Part shown: positions 8,823 through 16,334 of the stretch, in pieces
Position numbering within the stretch: position 1 is the first letter of the stretch
How the letters are laid out: each line of letters starts with the position of its first letter
Virus record (IMG/VR): IMGVR_UViG_3300005607_000407
Length of the DNA: 35,625 nt
From: a virus
Reading direction: 5' to 3' (one strand)
Made by a program: the position numbers and the translations under genes
The notes under the pieces: model-generated
Seen by the model: only the letters and a program-made list of their open reading frames with translations
What the model was told of the DNA's origin: nothing
The model's database searches: none

Positions 8823-8984
8823 TTGGTAACCAACACAGACAAATTCTACAAAAAGTTCAGGAAGATGCCCTGCCCTGTCTGCGAGAAGCCGATATCGAGA
8901 CATAGTAGAGATGAGGCTATAAAATGCGCTTTCAAGATGGTAGCTGCGCAGATGAAAGCGATGGAGCAGGACAATAACAGTTAG
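8823..8984 (+). CDS. Small Cys/His protein (53 aa, not in the track)
   Basis: Own translation: MVTNTDKFYKKFRKMPCPVCEKPISRHSRDEAIKCAFKMVAAQMKAMEQDNNS. Confidence 0.6.
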   Translation: MVTNTDKFYKKFRKMPCPVCEKPISRHSRDEAIKCAFKMVAAQMKAMEQDNNS

Positions 8985-9176
8985 TTGACCAGGCCAGACC
9001 AAATCCTGTACTCTGTTTGTTGCGTTTTCTGTCACAACAACTACAAGACTACCACTCAGAGAATGAAACGACATTTGCGAGAATGCCCGGGCGTCACCGG
9101 CCATAGAAGCTATCTTTTCAGATGTGTCAGACCAGCTTCCATTCTAGCTTTGCAAAAGCGGAAAGTGGAATATTGA
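8985..9176 (+). CDS. Small C2HC zinc-finger protein
   Basis: CVFC..MKRHLREC motif. Confidence 0.65.
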   Translation: MTRPDQILYSVCCVFCHNNYKTTTQRMKRHLRECPGVTGHRSYLFRCVRPASILALQKRKVEY

Positions 9177-9192
9177 TACACACAGAAACACC

Positions 9193-9222
9193 TAAATATA
9201 ACACTATACATAATGTATAGTG
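9193..9222 (+). promoter_or_regulatory. TATA-like box (TAAATA) plus perfect 21-bp palindrome CACTATACAT-A-ATGTATAGTG (operator O1)
   Basis: 10-bp arms at 9202-9222, 8 nt before the ATG at 9231. A near-identical copy lies at 10151. Confidence 0.8.
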
Positions 9223-9230
9223 ACTATAAC

Positions 9231-9410
9231 ATGCCAAATACCACACAGGCAAACGAAAACAAGTCAAAAGAAGAATTGGAACACAATGCTTTTTGTCCCT
9301 TCTGCAATTCTGAGCGGCTGGGTGTTGATGTTTCAATTCTCGAACCGTCTGCCACTGAGCAGTGGATGTGGTGGGCCAGACATGAAAAGTTCATGGGGGC
9401 AAGACAGTAA
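9231..9410 (+). CDS. Small hypothetical protein (CPFC motif)
   Basis: ATG 9231 preferred because the track start at 9213 lies inside the palindrome. Confidence 0.6.
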   Translation: MPNTTQANENKSKEELEHNAFCPFCNSERLGVDVSILEPSATEQWMWWARHEKFMGARQ

Positions 9411-9646
9411 TGGGTACGAATTGGGATAGATACCGAAACAGCGAACAAGCCGAAATCCCTCCAGCTTTTAGCCACTCTGTCAAGATTGAGCAGACGGGTA
9501 AGGGCGCAAGAATCACTGTACATGTCTTCGCCAGCAGCTCAGAATCTGCAATACAACAGGCGCTGGAGATGTACGGAGCGACGAAAAAGTACCTTGAGCT
9601 GAAAGGTGAGGTAGTGGCCCCTATCGAAGTGGGTAAGAAGGAGTAG
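9410..9646 (+). CDS. Hypothetical protein
   Basis: 78-aa ORF, TAATG coupling. Confidence 0.7.
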   Translation: MGTNWDRYRNSEQAEIPPAFSHSVKIEQTGKGARITVHVFASSSESAIQQALEMYGATKKYLELKGEVVAPIEVGKKE

Positions 9647-9653
9647 ATCACAA

Positions 9654-9875
9654 GTGGCCGAGCATGAATATCACCACGAGGGAGACGGATCGGCCACTAT
9701 CTCCATCAAGGCTCTATCTTTCATCACAGCTCCAAACGGCCAGCGGTCTGTCATCCTTGATATTAATGGCGAAACTATTGTTATGCACGAATGGAGCAAG
9801 AAGGCAAAAACTATAACTGTGGACGCTCAGGTGAAAGCTTCCGGATACATCGAAGTGCTTCCAAGATATGCCTGA
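9654..9875 (+). CDS. Hypothetical beta-rich protein
   Basis: 73-aa ORF with GTG start, in operon context. Confidence 0.65.
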   Translation: MAEHEYHHEGDGSATISIKALSFITAPNGQRSVILDINGETIVMHEWSKKAKTITVDAQVKASGYIEVLPRYA

Positions 9876-10149
9876 GACGAAAAAAGAAAAACAAAAGCAG
9901 AAACAAACCCCAAGCTACCGCTCAATAGCAATAATGACCGTAGTGAAAAAGTGGCCGACTGGCGGATGCTATGCCAGGGTGCCGAAAGATTGGATCGGCC
10001 ACCGAGCGGCCTTCTACCTACCTGATAAAGTGGCCGTTGAAATCGTTCACGGCCTGGGCAAAGACAAGAGCCACGCCTATGTGGCCAGGATCCCCTGCGA
10101 GCTGGCAGGCAAAGAAATCAAAATCGAACTAAAAGATACAATTAAATAG
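9868..10149 (+). CDS. DUF2080/AbrB-like swapped-hairpin DNA-binding protein, internally duplicated
   Basis: VVKKWPTGGCYARVPKDWIGHRAAFY and IVHGLGKDKSHAYVARIPCELAGKEIKIE are two copies of the V...G....VPK.WIG..V pattern. Confidence 0.6.
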   Translation: MPETKKEKQKQKQTPSYRSIAIMTVVKKWPTGGCYARVPKDWIGHRAAFYLPDKVAVEIVHGLGKDKSHAYVARIPCELAGKEIKIELKDTIK

Positions 10150-10171
10150 CCACTATACGTAACGTATAGTG
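10143..10171 (+). promoter_or_regulatory. TATA-like box (TAAATA) plus perfect 21-bp palindrome CACTATACGT-A-ACGTATAGTG (operator O2) upstream of the tRNA
   Basis: Arms at 10151-10171. Differs from O1 by one compensatory base pair. Confidence 0.8.
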
Positions 10172-10195
10172 TCGGGTGCAAGCCCGACAAAAAGC

Positions 10196-10279
10196 GCCGG
10201 CGTCGCCTAATGGTATGGCGAGCGCCCCCTAAGCGCTTGGGTGTTCAACCCCTTAAGGGTTCGAATCCCTTCGCCGGCG
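10196..10279 (+). tRNA. Type II (long variable arm) tRNA with a Ser-like body and anticodon CCT (Arg)
   Basis: Acceptor GCCGGCG/CGCCGGC with G73, D-arm GCC-TAATGGTAT-GGC, anticodon stem AGCGC/GCGCT with loop CCCCTAA, V-arm GGGT/ACCC, T-arm AAGGG-TTCGAAT-CCCTT. CCA not encoded. Confidence 0.92.
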
Positions 10280-10285
10280 CTTAAA

Positions 10286-10307
10286 TCTTTCCTTTCCTTT
10301 CCCTTTC
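10286..10307 (+). terminator. Pyrimidine (U-rich) terminator after the tRNA
   Basis: TCTTTCCTTTCCTTTCCCTTTC directly downstream of the tRNA, typical of archaeal U-tract termination. Confidence 0.65.
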
Positions 10308-10332
10308 AAAAAAGAGAACGGCCACCACTGTG

Positions 10333-10338
10333 TTTAAA
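10333..10338 (+). promoter_or_regulatory. TATA box TTTAAA for the 10367 gene
   Basis: Canonical archaeal TATA about 30 nt upstream of the ATG. Confidence 0.55.
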
Positions 10339-10366
10339 TTTACGATGTTTTAGAATTTGACTGGGG

Positions 10367-11332
10367 ATGGCAGAGGCTTATGTTTCTGGAGCTAATTCAC
10401 GACAACCTAATGACATTGAGGCTGAAATCTTTTACCATCTTCAAGAAGCTGGCAACATAGCAAGTCGTGAGCTTGAGTCTGACATCAATCTGAACAACAT
10501 CCAGACAAAAAGCTATCACATCCGTAAGGCGGCCGAAGCTGCAGAGCAGGCAGGGTGGCCGAAAAAAGAAATATCTAAACGACTACTTGAACTGATATTC
10601 AAACACGATTATAACATCAGTCGTAGTCTTGTTTATCGTATTTGCTCACCACTAGGTTATTCCGAATCCGATTCTGAACTAGATCAGTCAAGTCCAATGA
10701 TTGGACAAGAAAATAGTTCTATATATACTGCTTTTGAACAGGAAAACGAGCAACTGATAACACAGATAGAAAAAGAGATCGACATCAAGAAAGCGATCAT
10801 TTCGAAGCTCAGAACATCTGCATTTCTTACAAAGATACCCCGTGAAGAGCGCAAAGAATTACTGTACTGCTACGCAGTTCATAACAAAAATATTGGCATG
10901 GAGTGGGATGGCCGAAAAGACGTTTCTGAAAGACAGTATTTCATTCTATACGAAGCATCAACAGCTGCAATAAATGACAAGGTCACAGAGCTGTACATCA
11001 AGATGGTCAAGGATTGGAAGCCGCTGACAGGCAAGCAATATCACAAACTGAAAGTCGGAATAACAAGAATGATCCACCCGCTTTTTGAGCCGAAGAACCA
11101 ACAGGAGGCGATCGACAGGGGCTTCTACGGAATACAATGCCGGTGTGGCTCCTGGCGTGTCCTGATTGAAAAAGAACCTACGAAGGAATTCAAAGTGCAG
11201 TGTTGCAAATGCCAGCTTATCTTCGAACCGAAGACAGAAACGTTTAGCGCGAAGAACTCTATCATACTGGACGAAAAGATAAACACAGTTCTGACAAACT
11301 ACGATGATTTCAAGAAGAACAACGGCTATTAA
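10367..11332 (+). CDS. Hypothetical protein with possible N-terminal HTH and C-terminal Zn ribbon (candidate late activator)
   Basis: CRCGS...CCKC near the C-terminus. Located between the early and packaging modules. Confidence 0.7.
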   Translation: MAEAYVSGANSRQPNDIEAEIFYHLQEAGNIASRELESDINLNNIQTKSYHIRKAAEAAEQAGWPKKEISKRLLELIFKHDYNISRSLVYRICSPLGYSESDSELDQSSPMIGQENSSIYTAFEQENEQLITQIEKEIDIKKAIISKLRTSAFLTKIPREERKELLYCYAVHNKNIGMEWDGRKDVSERQYFILYEASTAAINDKVTELYIKMVKDWKPLTGKQYHKLKVGITRMIHPLFEPKNQQEAIDRGFYGIQCRCGSWRVLIEKEPTKEFKVQCCKCQLIFEPKTETFSAKNSIILDEKINTVLTNYDDFKKNNGY

Positions 11333-11551
11333 TTTATTGACTGGGTAAGAAATTAGGACTGGTATTTTCACGCTTATCAAGGCCTCGGATAGGATGGTGG
11401 TGGTGGTGGAATGAGCGGTGTTTGAATCGAACTATGATAGGATTGAAAGGTTAACTAACTGGCCTAACATTCCTTTTTTGTTTTAATTATTAGTCAATGC
11501 TCCTTAATTCCCTATAGGGTTCACGCTCAATTCCTCACAGAATATTCAAAA

Positions 11552-11797
11552 ATGCCTGCTTACGACTGGACGACAAATAATCATGAAGGTAGGGGCCTCC
11601 GAAGAGCATTCAAACGGCTAGAAGAAAAGATGGAGTCTGCGCGAGATCCAAAAACGATTGCAGAATTATCAAAAGCAATGGCGTATGTCGCACAAGCAAA
11701 ATCCAACATAGCAAAGAATCATGACCTTGAAAAAAGAGTGCAAGAGCTTGAAAGATTGGCAGGGATGGCGCAGAAGGCAGCGCCAATTCAAAAATAA
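11552..11797 (+). CDS. terS: Terminase small subunit (putative)
   Basis: Small helical ORF directly before TerL, with a DLEKRVQELE coiled-coil motif typical of TerS C-termini. Confidence 0.65.
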   Translation: MPAYDWTTNNHEGRGLRRAFKRLEEKMESARDPKTIAELSKAMAYVAQAKSNIAKNHDLEKRVQELERLAGMAQKAAPIQK

Positions 11798-11830
11798 AAT
11801 AATGAAGTTGTTATTGTTGAGTGAATCAGA

Positions 11831-13342
11831 TTGCTCAGTGAATCACGTGTCAAAAGGCTGGAGGACTATTATTACAGCAACAACAATAAGGTAAGCTGGA
11901 ACGACAAAATCCCTGTTGATTTTGAAAAGTTCTATCGTCTGTTCGGTTTGTTCATCCACCCCGCCACGGGCCTGCCTGTCGTAAGACTTGCAGACTACCA
12001 GTACGAAACCGCAAGGCTGTTCTTTGAGCATAAAAGGCTGCTGGAAGTCAAATCAAACAAGGTAGGTGAGACTTCCAAATGGTCTGTAATTGACTTCCAG
12101 CTTGCCCTTTTTCCAACATCAAATCCGCTGTCGACTAGAGGTTATGATACCCTTGTGATAGCGCAGACAAAGGACCATGCCAAGCAGCACCTGCACGATC
12201 TCAGAAAGGCAATTATCGATTCTCCTGCCTACTCCAAGTATCTGATAAACAAACCAGACGAAATCGCTATCGAGGGCAAAGACCTGAACAAGGTGCTGAG
12301 GGATGAGCAGAGCAAAACCTCAGTGATCTATATTCAAAACCCAGAGAAGCCGACAAGGCCTTCACGCATCATAGCACTGGGAATTGAAAATTATGGTGCA
12401 ATCCTTAGCTGGAAGAGAGTCAAGCACATCCACATGTCAGATATCACAGCATCAGATTCCGATTTCACCAGGGGGATAGATGCTGCAATGACCAGACTGG
12501 CAAATACAAACGGCACCTGCATCATTGAAACCGTGCCAGGAATGCCGGAAGGGTTCGTATACCAAACAGCGCAACACTTCAACCCCGAGACACACAAGCC
12601 CGGGGATTTCTGGGTTGTCAAGGTAACGGCAGAGCAGGCAGTAAAGGCAGGAGTAATCAATCAAGAGTTTTTGGAATCCGAGCGTAGGAACAAGGGAACG
12701 GCATTCGGCCAATTCTATGAATGCATTTTTGGATTCCAACAGGGCAATGTCTTCAAGCTGGAGGATATTGAGGCCTGCATTGCAGCGTATGATCTGGAAG
12801 GTTACAAGACACTAGATTGCAAGCTATTTGTAGATCCCGCTTTTGGTCTTTTAGAACAGAATAGCAAATTCGCCTGGCTTGTTTTGGCATTGTTGGATGG
12901 CAAGGTGCGAGTCTACCACGCTAAGCAATTTACAGGGATGTCATACAATGAATCGATGCAAGAACTTGATTTCTTGCTTTCAAAATTCAATTTTGTCAGA
13001 ATTGGAATAGACGCTGCCAACCCCGTTTTTATCAGGGGCGCAAAAGAGAGAATAGGCGAGAATCCCAACTACGACCAGCTAGAAGAAAAAGAGAGCGAAG
13101 GATGGTGGAAAGTCAAGCCTATGAGTTTTGGGCAGAAGGAAGGACAGGAGTATTTGCAAGCCATCCAATCCCTGGTGTCAGGGCATTACCTCGAGATACA
13201 TCCCGCTTTCGAAGAGCTGATTTTGCAGATGAAGATGGCTGTAACAGATGATAAGGGCAAGCTGGATAAAACAATGAATTCGATGGATCTGTTTGATTGT
13301 TTAAGAATGGGTGCTGCCACTTACAGGGTGGAGAATCAATAA
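11831..13342 (+). CDS. terL: Terminase large subunit
   Basis: DYQ adenine motif, Walker A-like KSNKVGET, Walker B-like IHMSD, FGQFYECIF linker, RNase H nuclease acidic residues (FVDPA, GIDAAN, DLFDCL). Confidence 0.92.
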   Translation: MLSESRVKRLEDYYYSNNNKVSWNDKIPVDFEKFYRLFGLFIHPATGLPVVRLADYQYETARLFFEHKRLLEVKSNKVGETSKWSVIDFQLALFPTSNPLSTRGYDTLVIAQTKDHAKQHLHDLRKAIIDSPAYSKYLINKPDEIAIEGKDLNKVLRDEQSKTSVIYIQNPEKPTRPSRIIALGIENYGAILSWKRVKHIHMSDITASDSDFTRGIDAAMTRLANTNGTCIIETVPGMPEGFVYQTAQHFNPETHKPGDFWVVKVTAEQAVKAGVINQEFLESERRNKGTAFGQFYECIFGFQQGNVFKLEDIEACIAAYDLEGYKTLDCKLFVDPAFGLLEQNSKFAWLVLALLDGKVRVYHAKQFTGMSYNESMQELDFLLSKFNFVRIGIDAANPVFIRGAKERIGENPNYDQLEEKESEGWWKVKPMSFGQKEGQEYLQAIQSLVSGHYLEIHPAFEELILQMKMAVTDDKGKLDKTMNSMDLFDCLRMGAATYRVENQ

Positions 13343-13344
13343 TA

Positions 13345-13674
13345 ATGCCTCCCAGGACCAAAAAACTGCCTGATGATTATTTCAAGATCATCACGGACAA
13401 GTACGATATAGAAAAATTCTGCGATTCTTGCAAACCTATAGAGGTGGTCAAGATGATCTTGAACCCAAAGCGTCAAGGATTCTTAATCTGTCCCCGATGC
13501 GGTGCAGAGGCCTCCATCTTGGATATGAAAGGTCTGACCAAGCTTGTAGACCAAGACGCAGGAGAGCCGCTAGTTTCATTTACTTCTGCGAAGAAAAAAA
13601 ACAGCATTGAACAGCAGATGGAAGACGAGCTCAAAGCGTTGGGATACACGAATATCAGGTTATCGAGGCTCTAG
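13345..13674 (+). CDS. Zn-ribbon protein
   Basis: CDSC...CPRC. ATG 13345 follows the TerL stop. Confidence 0.7.
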   Translation: MPPRTKKLPDDYFKIITDKYDIEKFCDSCKPIEVVKMILNPKRQGFLICPRCGAEASILDMKGLTKLVDQDAGEPLVSFTSAKKKNSIEQQMEDELKALGYTNIRLSRL

Positions 13675-13730
13675 ATAGCTAGCTGACACAAGTTCTCTTT
13701 TCCGCTCTGAAAGTAGTTCCTCCGTTTAGA

Positions 13731-15383
13731 ATGTCTAAAGTTACTGATGATCATGGCGAATCAACAGCACGATTAATCCCCAAATCTGCAAATCAGGAAA
13801 GGCCACTCTTTGCCTGGCTAAAAACTGACTGGAAATCTAACTTTATCCGCCAGACAGAAGCCTTGATGGAGTCGCATTATGATGCCATGATGAAGGCTGC
13901 AAAGAAACTGGAGGACAGGGGCAAAGTCCAAGAGGCCAAAAACTTGAGAGAAGCTGCCAAATCAGTTGCCCTGCCACAGCATTCAACATTCTTTCCACAG
14001 GTGACAACAGATCCTTACACTTCTGCCGTCAAGTACATGATGCTTGACTCGATACTGAATGACGGCAACTGCATCCGCCCCGTAAAGACGCTGATCACCT
14101 TTACTCTGGGCCAGAAAACCACTCCAAAGCTGATAAGCAGGCTGGCTCCAGATGGTCAGATACACCCTAACGGTTCTACAACTTTCAACGGTGTCACTAT
14201 CAACAATCAGGACATCCTGAAAATCTGCCAGCTTATTGAAAACAAGCGGGAAGTCAACTTTAGAGAAAGATTGCAAGGATTGATGAAGCAGGCCTATGCG
14301 TACGGCCGTGGTGCGCTTGGGATTGTATACGGAGATTTTGAGTACAACGGGCAAAAGTTTGAAAACATGCCCATTGCCCTTCGCCCGTTAACTTCTATCT
14401 TTCTCGGATATGTGACAATCAACGCAAACACCTGGATGCCTGAAAACGTGATTTACGCCACATTGACGGCATCGATGTCAAATCCTGTTCCCATGACTGA
14501 GCTTGTGTATCTGGTACATGAAGACGACAATACCCAACCCCGTTCAGTAGGTTATGGATGCTCTCTGTTGCTATCAGCAATCCACCTATCTGAGTCTGTC
14601 AGGTATGCTCAGGAAGTGTCAATCAAGGAAATCTTTCATTCGCTCTGGGCTGGCATGCTAGAAATCAAAGCAAATACCCGCGTACAGGCCAGGCTCGATG
14701 CTCTTTCAGCGGCATTCCAGCAGGGCGCAGGGACCAGCTATGTCCACAATCAGGATATCACCGTCAACGAACACAAGATAGAGCATGACCTTGACAAGCT
14801 GATGGCCGCTATGGACATGATTGCAGACATGATAGCCCGCAGTGTAGGTGTCCCCTCACCGCTCATAAACCACGAGGCCGTCACAAACAGAGCAACACTT
14901 GATCTGGTAGTACAGGCCTGGGAGGCCTCAAGACTCAGAAATGAGCGCAACTGGGTAAATGACTGCATATCTTTTCAGTGGTACGATCCTATCCTGATGT
15001 CCATCTTTAACGTCCCGCCAGACCAGAGGGAGATGATGGCCAGCTGTCCGGTCAAAGTGATTATGGATTTCACATCAATAACTTTCGCCACCATCGAAGA
15101 TAAGGTGCCGCTTATCGCTCCTCTGAAACAATCAGGATTGTTCACAGACGAGCGCATAATCAAGATGCTGGACCTGCCGCAGGAGGCGCTAGCAGAACTG
15201 GAAGAAGCAAGGCAGCAGAACTTGCAGAAGCAGCAGCAACAGATGTCAATGAATCCAGCAGTGCAAAGTGCAATTAATCAATCAAAGACTACGGATAGGC
15301 TCAACGCCTTTTTAGACGAACAGGAGAAAAATAAACCCAAAGTAAACAGGCCTCAAGACGGTGGCGACAAAGGTTCGTTGTGA
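13731..15383 (+). CDS. Portal protein
   Basis: 550 aa, follows TerL, contains YGRGAL and NRATL segments typical of HK97-type portals, Gln-rich C-terminal tail. Confidence 0.85.
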   Translation: MSKVTDDHGESTARLIPKSANQERPLFAWLKTDWKSNFIRQTEALMESHYDAMMKAAKKLEDRGKVQEAKNLREAAKSVALPQHSTFFPQVTTDPYTSAVKYMMLDSILNDGNCIRPVKTLITFTLGQKTTPKLISRLAPDGQIHPNGSTTFNGVTINNQDILKICQLIENKREVNFRERLQGLMKQAYAYGRGALGIVYGDFEYNGQKFENMPIALRPLTSIFLGYVTINANTWMPENVIYATLTASMSNPVPMTELVYLVHEDDNTQPRSVGYGCSLLLSAIHLSESVRYAQEVSIKEIFHSLWAGMLEIKANTRVQARLDALSAAFQQGAGTSYVHNQDITVNEHKIEHDLDKLMAAMDMIADMIARSVGVPSPLINHEAVTNRATLDLVVQAWEASRLRNERNWVNDCISFQWYDPILMSIFNVPPDQREMMASCPVKVIMDFTSITFATIEDKVPLIAPLKQSGLFTDERIIKMLDLPQEALAELEEARQQNLQKQQQQMSMNPAVQSAINQSKTTDRLNAFLDEQEKNKPKVNRPQDGGDKGSL

Positions 15384-15401
15384 TGAGAGAAGAGAAGAGA
15401 A

Positions 15402-16334
15402 ATGAAATTAATTCACTGGATAAACCCGACTGCGGCCACTTCGGGGATGTATTCTTACATTGCTCAGTGTATTCGTGTCGCTAACCAGCTCGGCCACCAT
15501 GCTACCTATGCTTATTGCAACAGGCCTGAGCCTGAACCTGCCGTATTGATGCATTACGGCGCTGTTCTGGAGACAGTGTCCCACAAAACAGCTGAAGAAA
15601 AAGATTGTATCAACATCATTCACTCCGGCATTCCTGCCAACTTTAACAGGTTGCCAAACAAAGTATTCGAAACCCACGGCACACCACGGTGGATCATGAA
15701 AGACTGGGATGCCCTGAGCTATACGTCATTCATGGCAAAGAACTGCTCGCTAGTAGTTACAAGATGGCCGTCACAGGTTCCCTACTGGCAGGCCTTGACT
15801 GACAAGCCGGTGAAGACGATACCACCCGGTGTTGACCTCGAACTATGGAAGCCAGACGGGCCAAAAAAAGAATTCACAAATCACCCGCTGATTCTGTGGG
15901 CAGATACATGGCGTGAGGGACTGAAGGAGCCATGGGAGCTTCTATATGCGTTGAAGATGATAATGCGGGAGATACCATCGATCACTCTCAAGCTGGTCAA
16001 TATCCCTTCTGAAAAAATGGATTTGCTGCACTATTTCATTGGTGTGCTTGGCATCGGATCGGCGATTGAATGGCCTGTCGAAGCTAGAGTGCAGAACATC
16101 GCAGAATACTACAGGACCGCCGATTGGGTATTTTCTGCGCATGGTGAAGGGAGCAATGTAACGTGGGAGGCGCAAGCCTGCGGGGCAAAGATAGGATTTG
16201 GAGATGTGTCATCTGAAGCAATCGCCAGGCAAATACTGAGAGACGAATATGACCCAGCGGAAGAAGAAAAACCTGATCTTCGAAAAACCATTGAATCACA
16301 AGTGAATATTTTTGAAAATCTTGCATGTATATGA
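15402..16334 (+). CDS. GT-B fold glycosyltransferase (GT4-like) 1
   Basis: TIPPGVDLELWKP and YYRTADWVFS..EG..WEAQACGA match GT4 signature motifs. Confidence 0.85.
   Translation: MKLIHWINPTAATSGMYSYIAQCIRVANQLGHHATYAYCNRPEPEPAVLMHYGAVLETVSHKTAEEKDCINIIHSGIPANFNRLPNKVFETHGTPRWIMKDWDALSYTSFMAKNCSLVVTRWPSQVPYWQALTDKPVKTIPPGVDLELWKPDGPKKEFTNHPLILWADTWREGLKEPWELLYALKMIMREIPSITLKLVNIPSEKMDLLHYFIGVLGIGSAIEWPVEARVQNIAEYYRTADWVFSAHGEGSNVTWEAQACGAKIGFGDVSSEAIARQILRDEYDPAEEEKPDLRKTIESQVNIFENLACI

Noticed and set aside
10143-10205. Twister-ribozyme-like look of CGG-GTGC-AAGC-CCG-A-CAAAAA-GCG upstream of the tRNA
   Set aside because: The conserved GA after P2 and the T1 partner strand are missing, so the core cannot be completed.
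10226-10232. tRNA read as an amber suppressor (CUA within CCCCUAA)
   Set aside because: The 5-bp stem fixes a 7-nt loop with CCU at 34-36, so CUA is off-register. Many genes end in TAG and no in-frame TAG read-through is needed.
10238-10254. Variable arm as a BHB intron in a normal tRNA-Arg
   Set aside because: The putative intron would be about 9 nt with no second helix, and splicing would not yield a 4-5 nt variable loop.
10196-10279. tRNA as an attL/attR integration junction
   Set aside because: No duplicated tRNA 3' end and no integrase in the window. Viral genes continue on both sides.
11392-11410. (GGT)4 run as a G-quadruplex or pac signal before terS
   Set aside because: Only two-G tracts, a single occurrence and no supporting repeats. 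A pac site cannot be inferred from sequence alone.
6191-13342. Inteins or introns in MCM or TerL
   Set aside because: Lengths are normal and no C/S...HN intein termini or LAGLIDADG motifs were seen.
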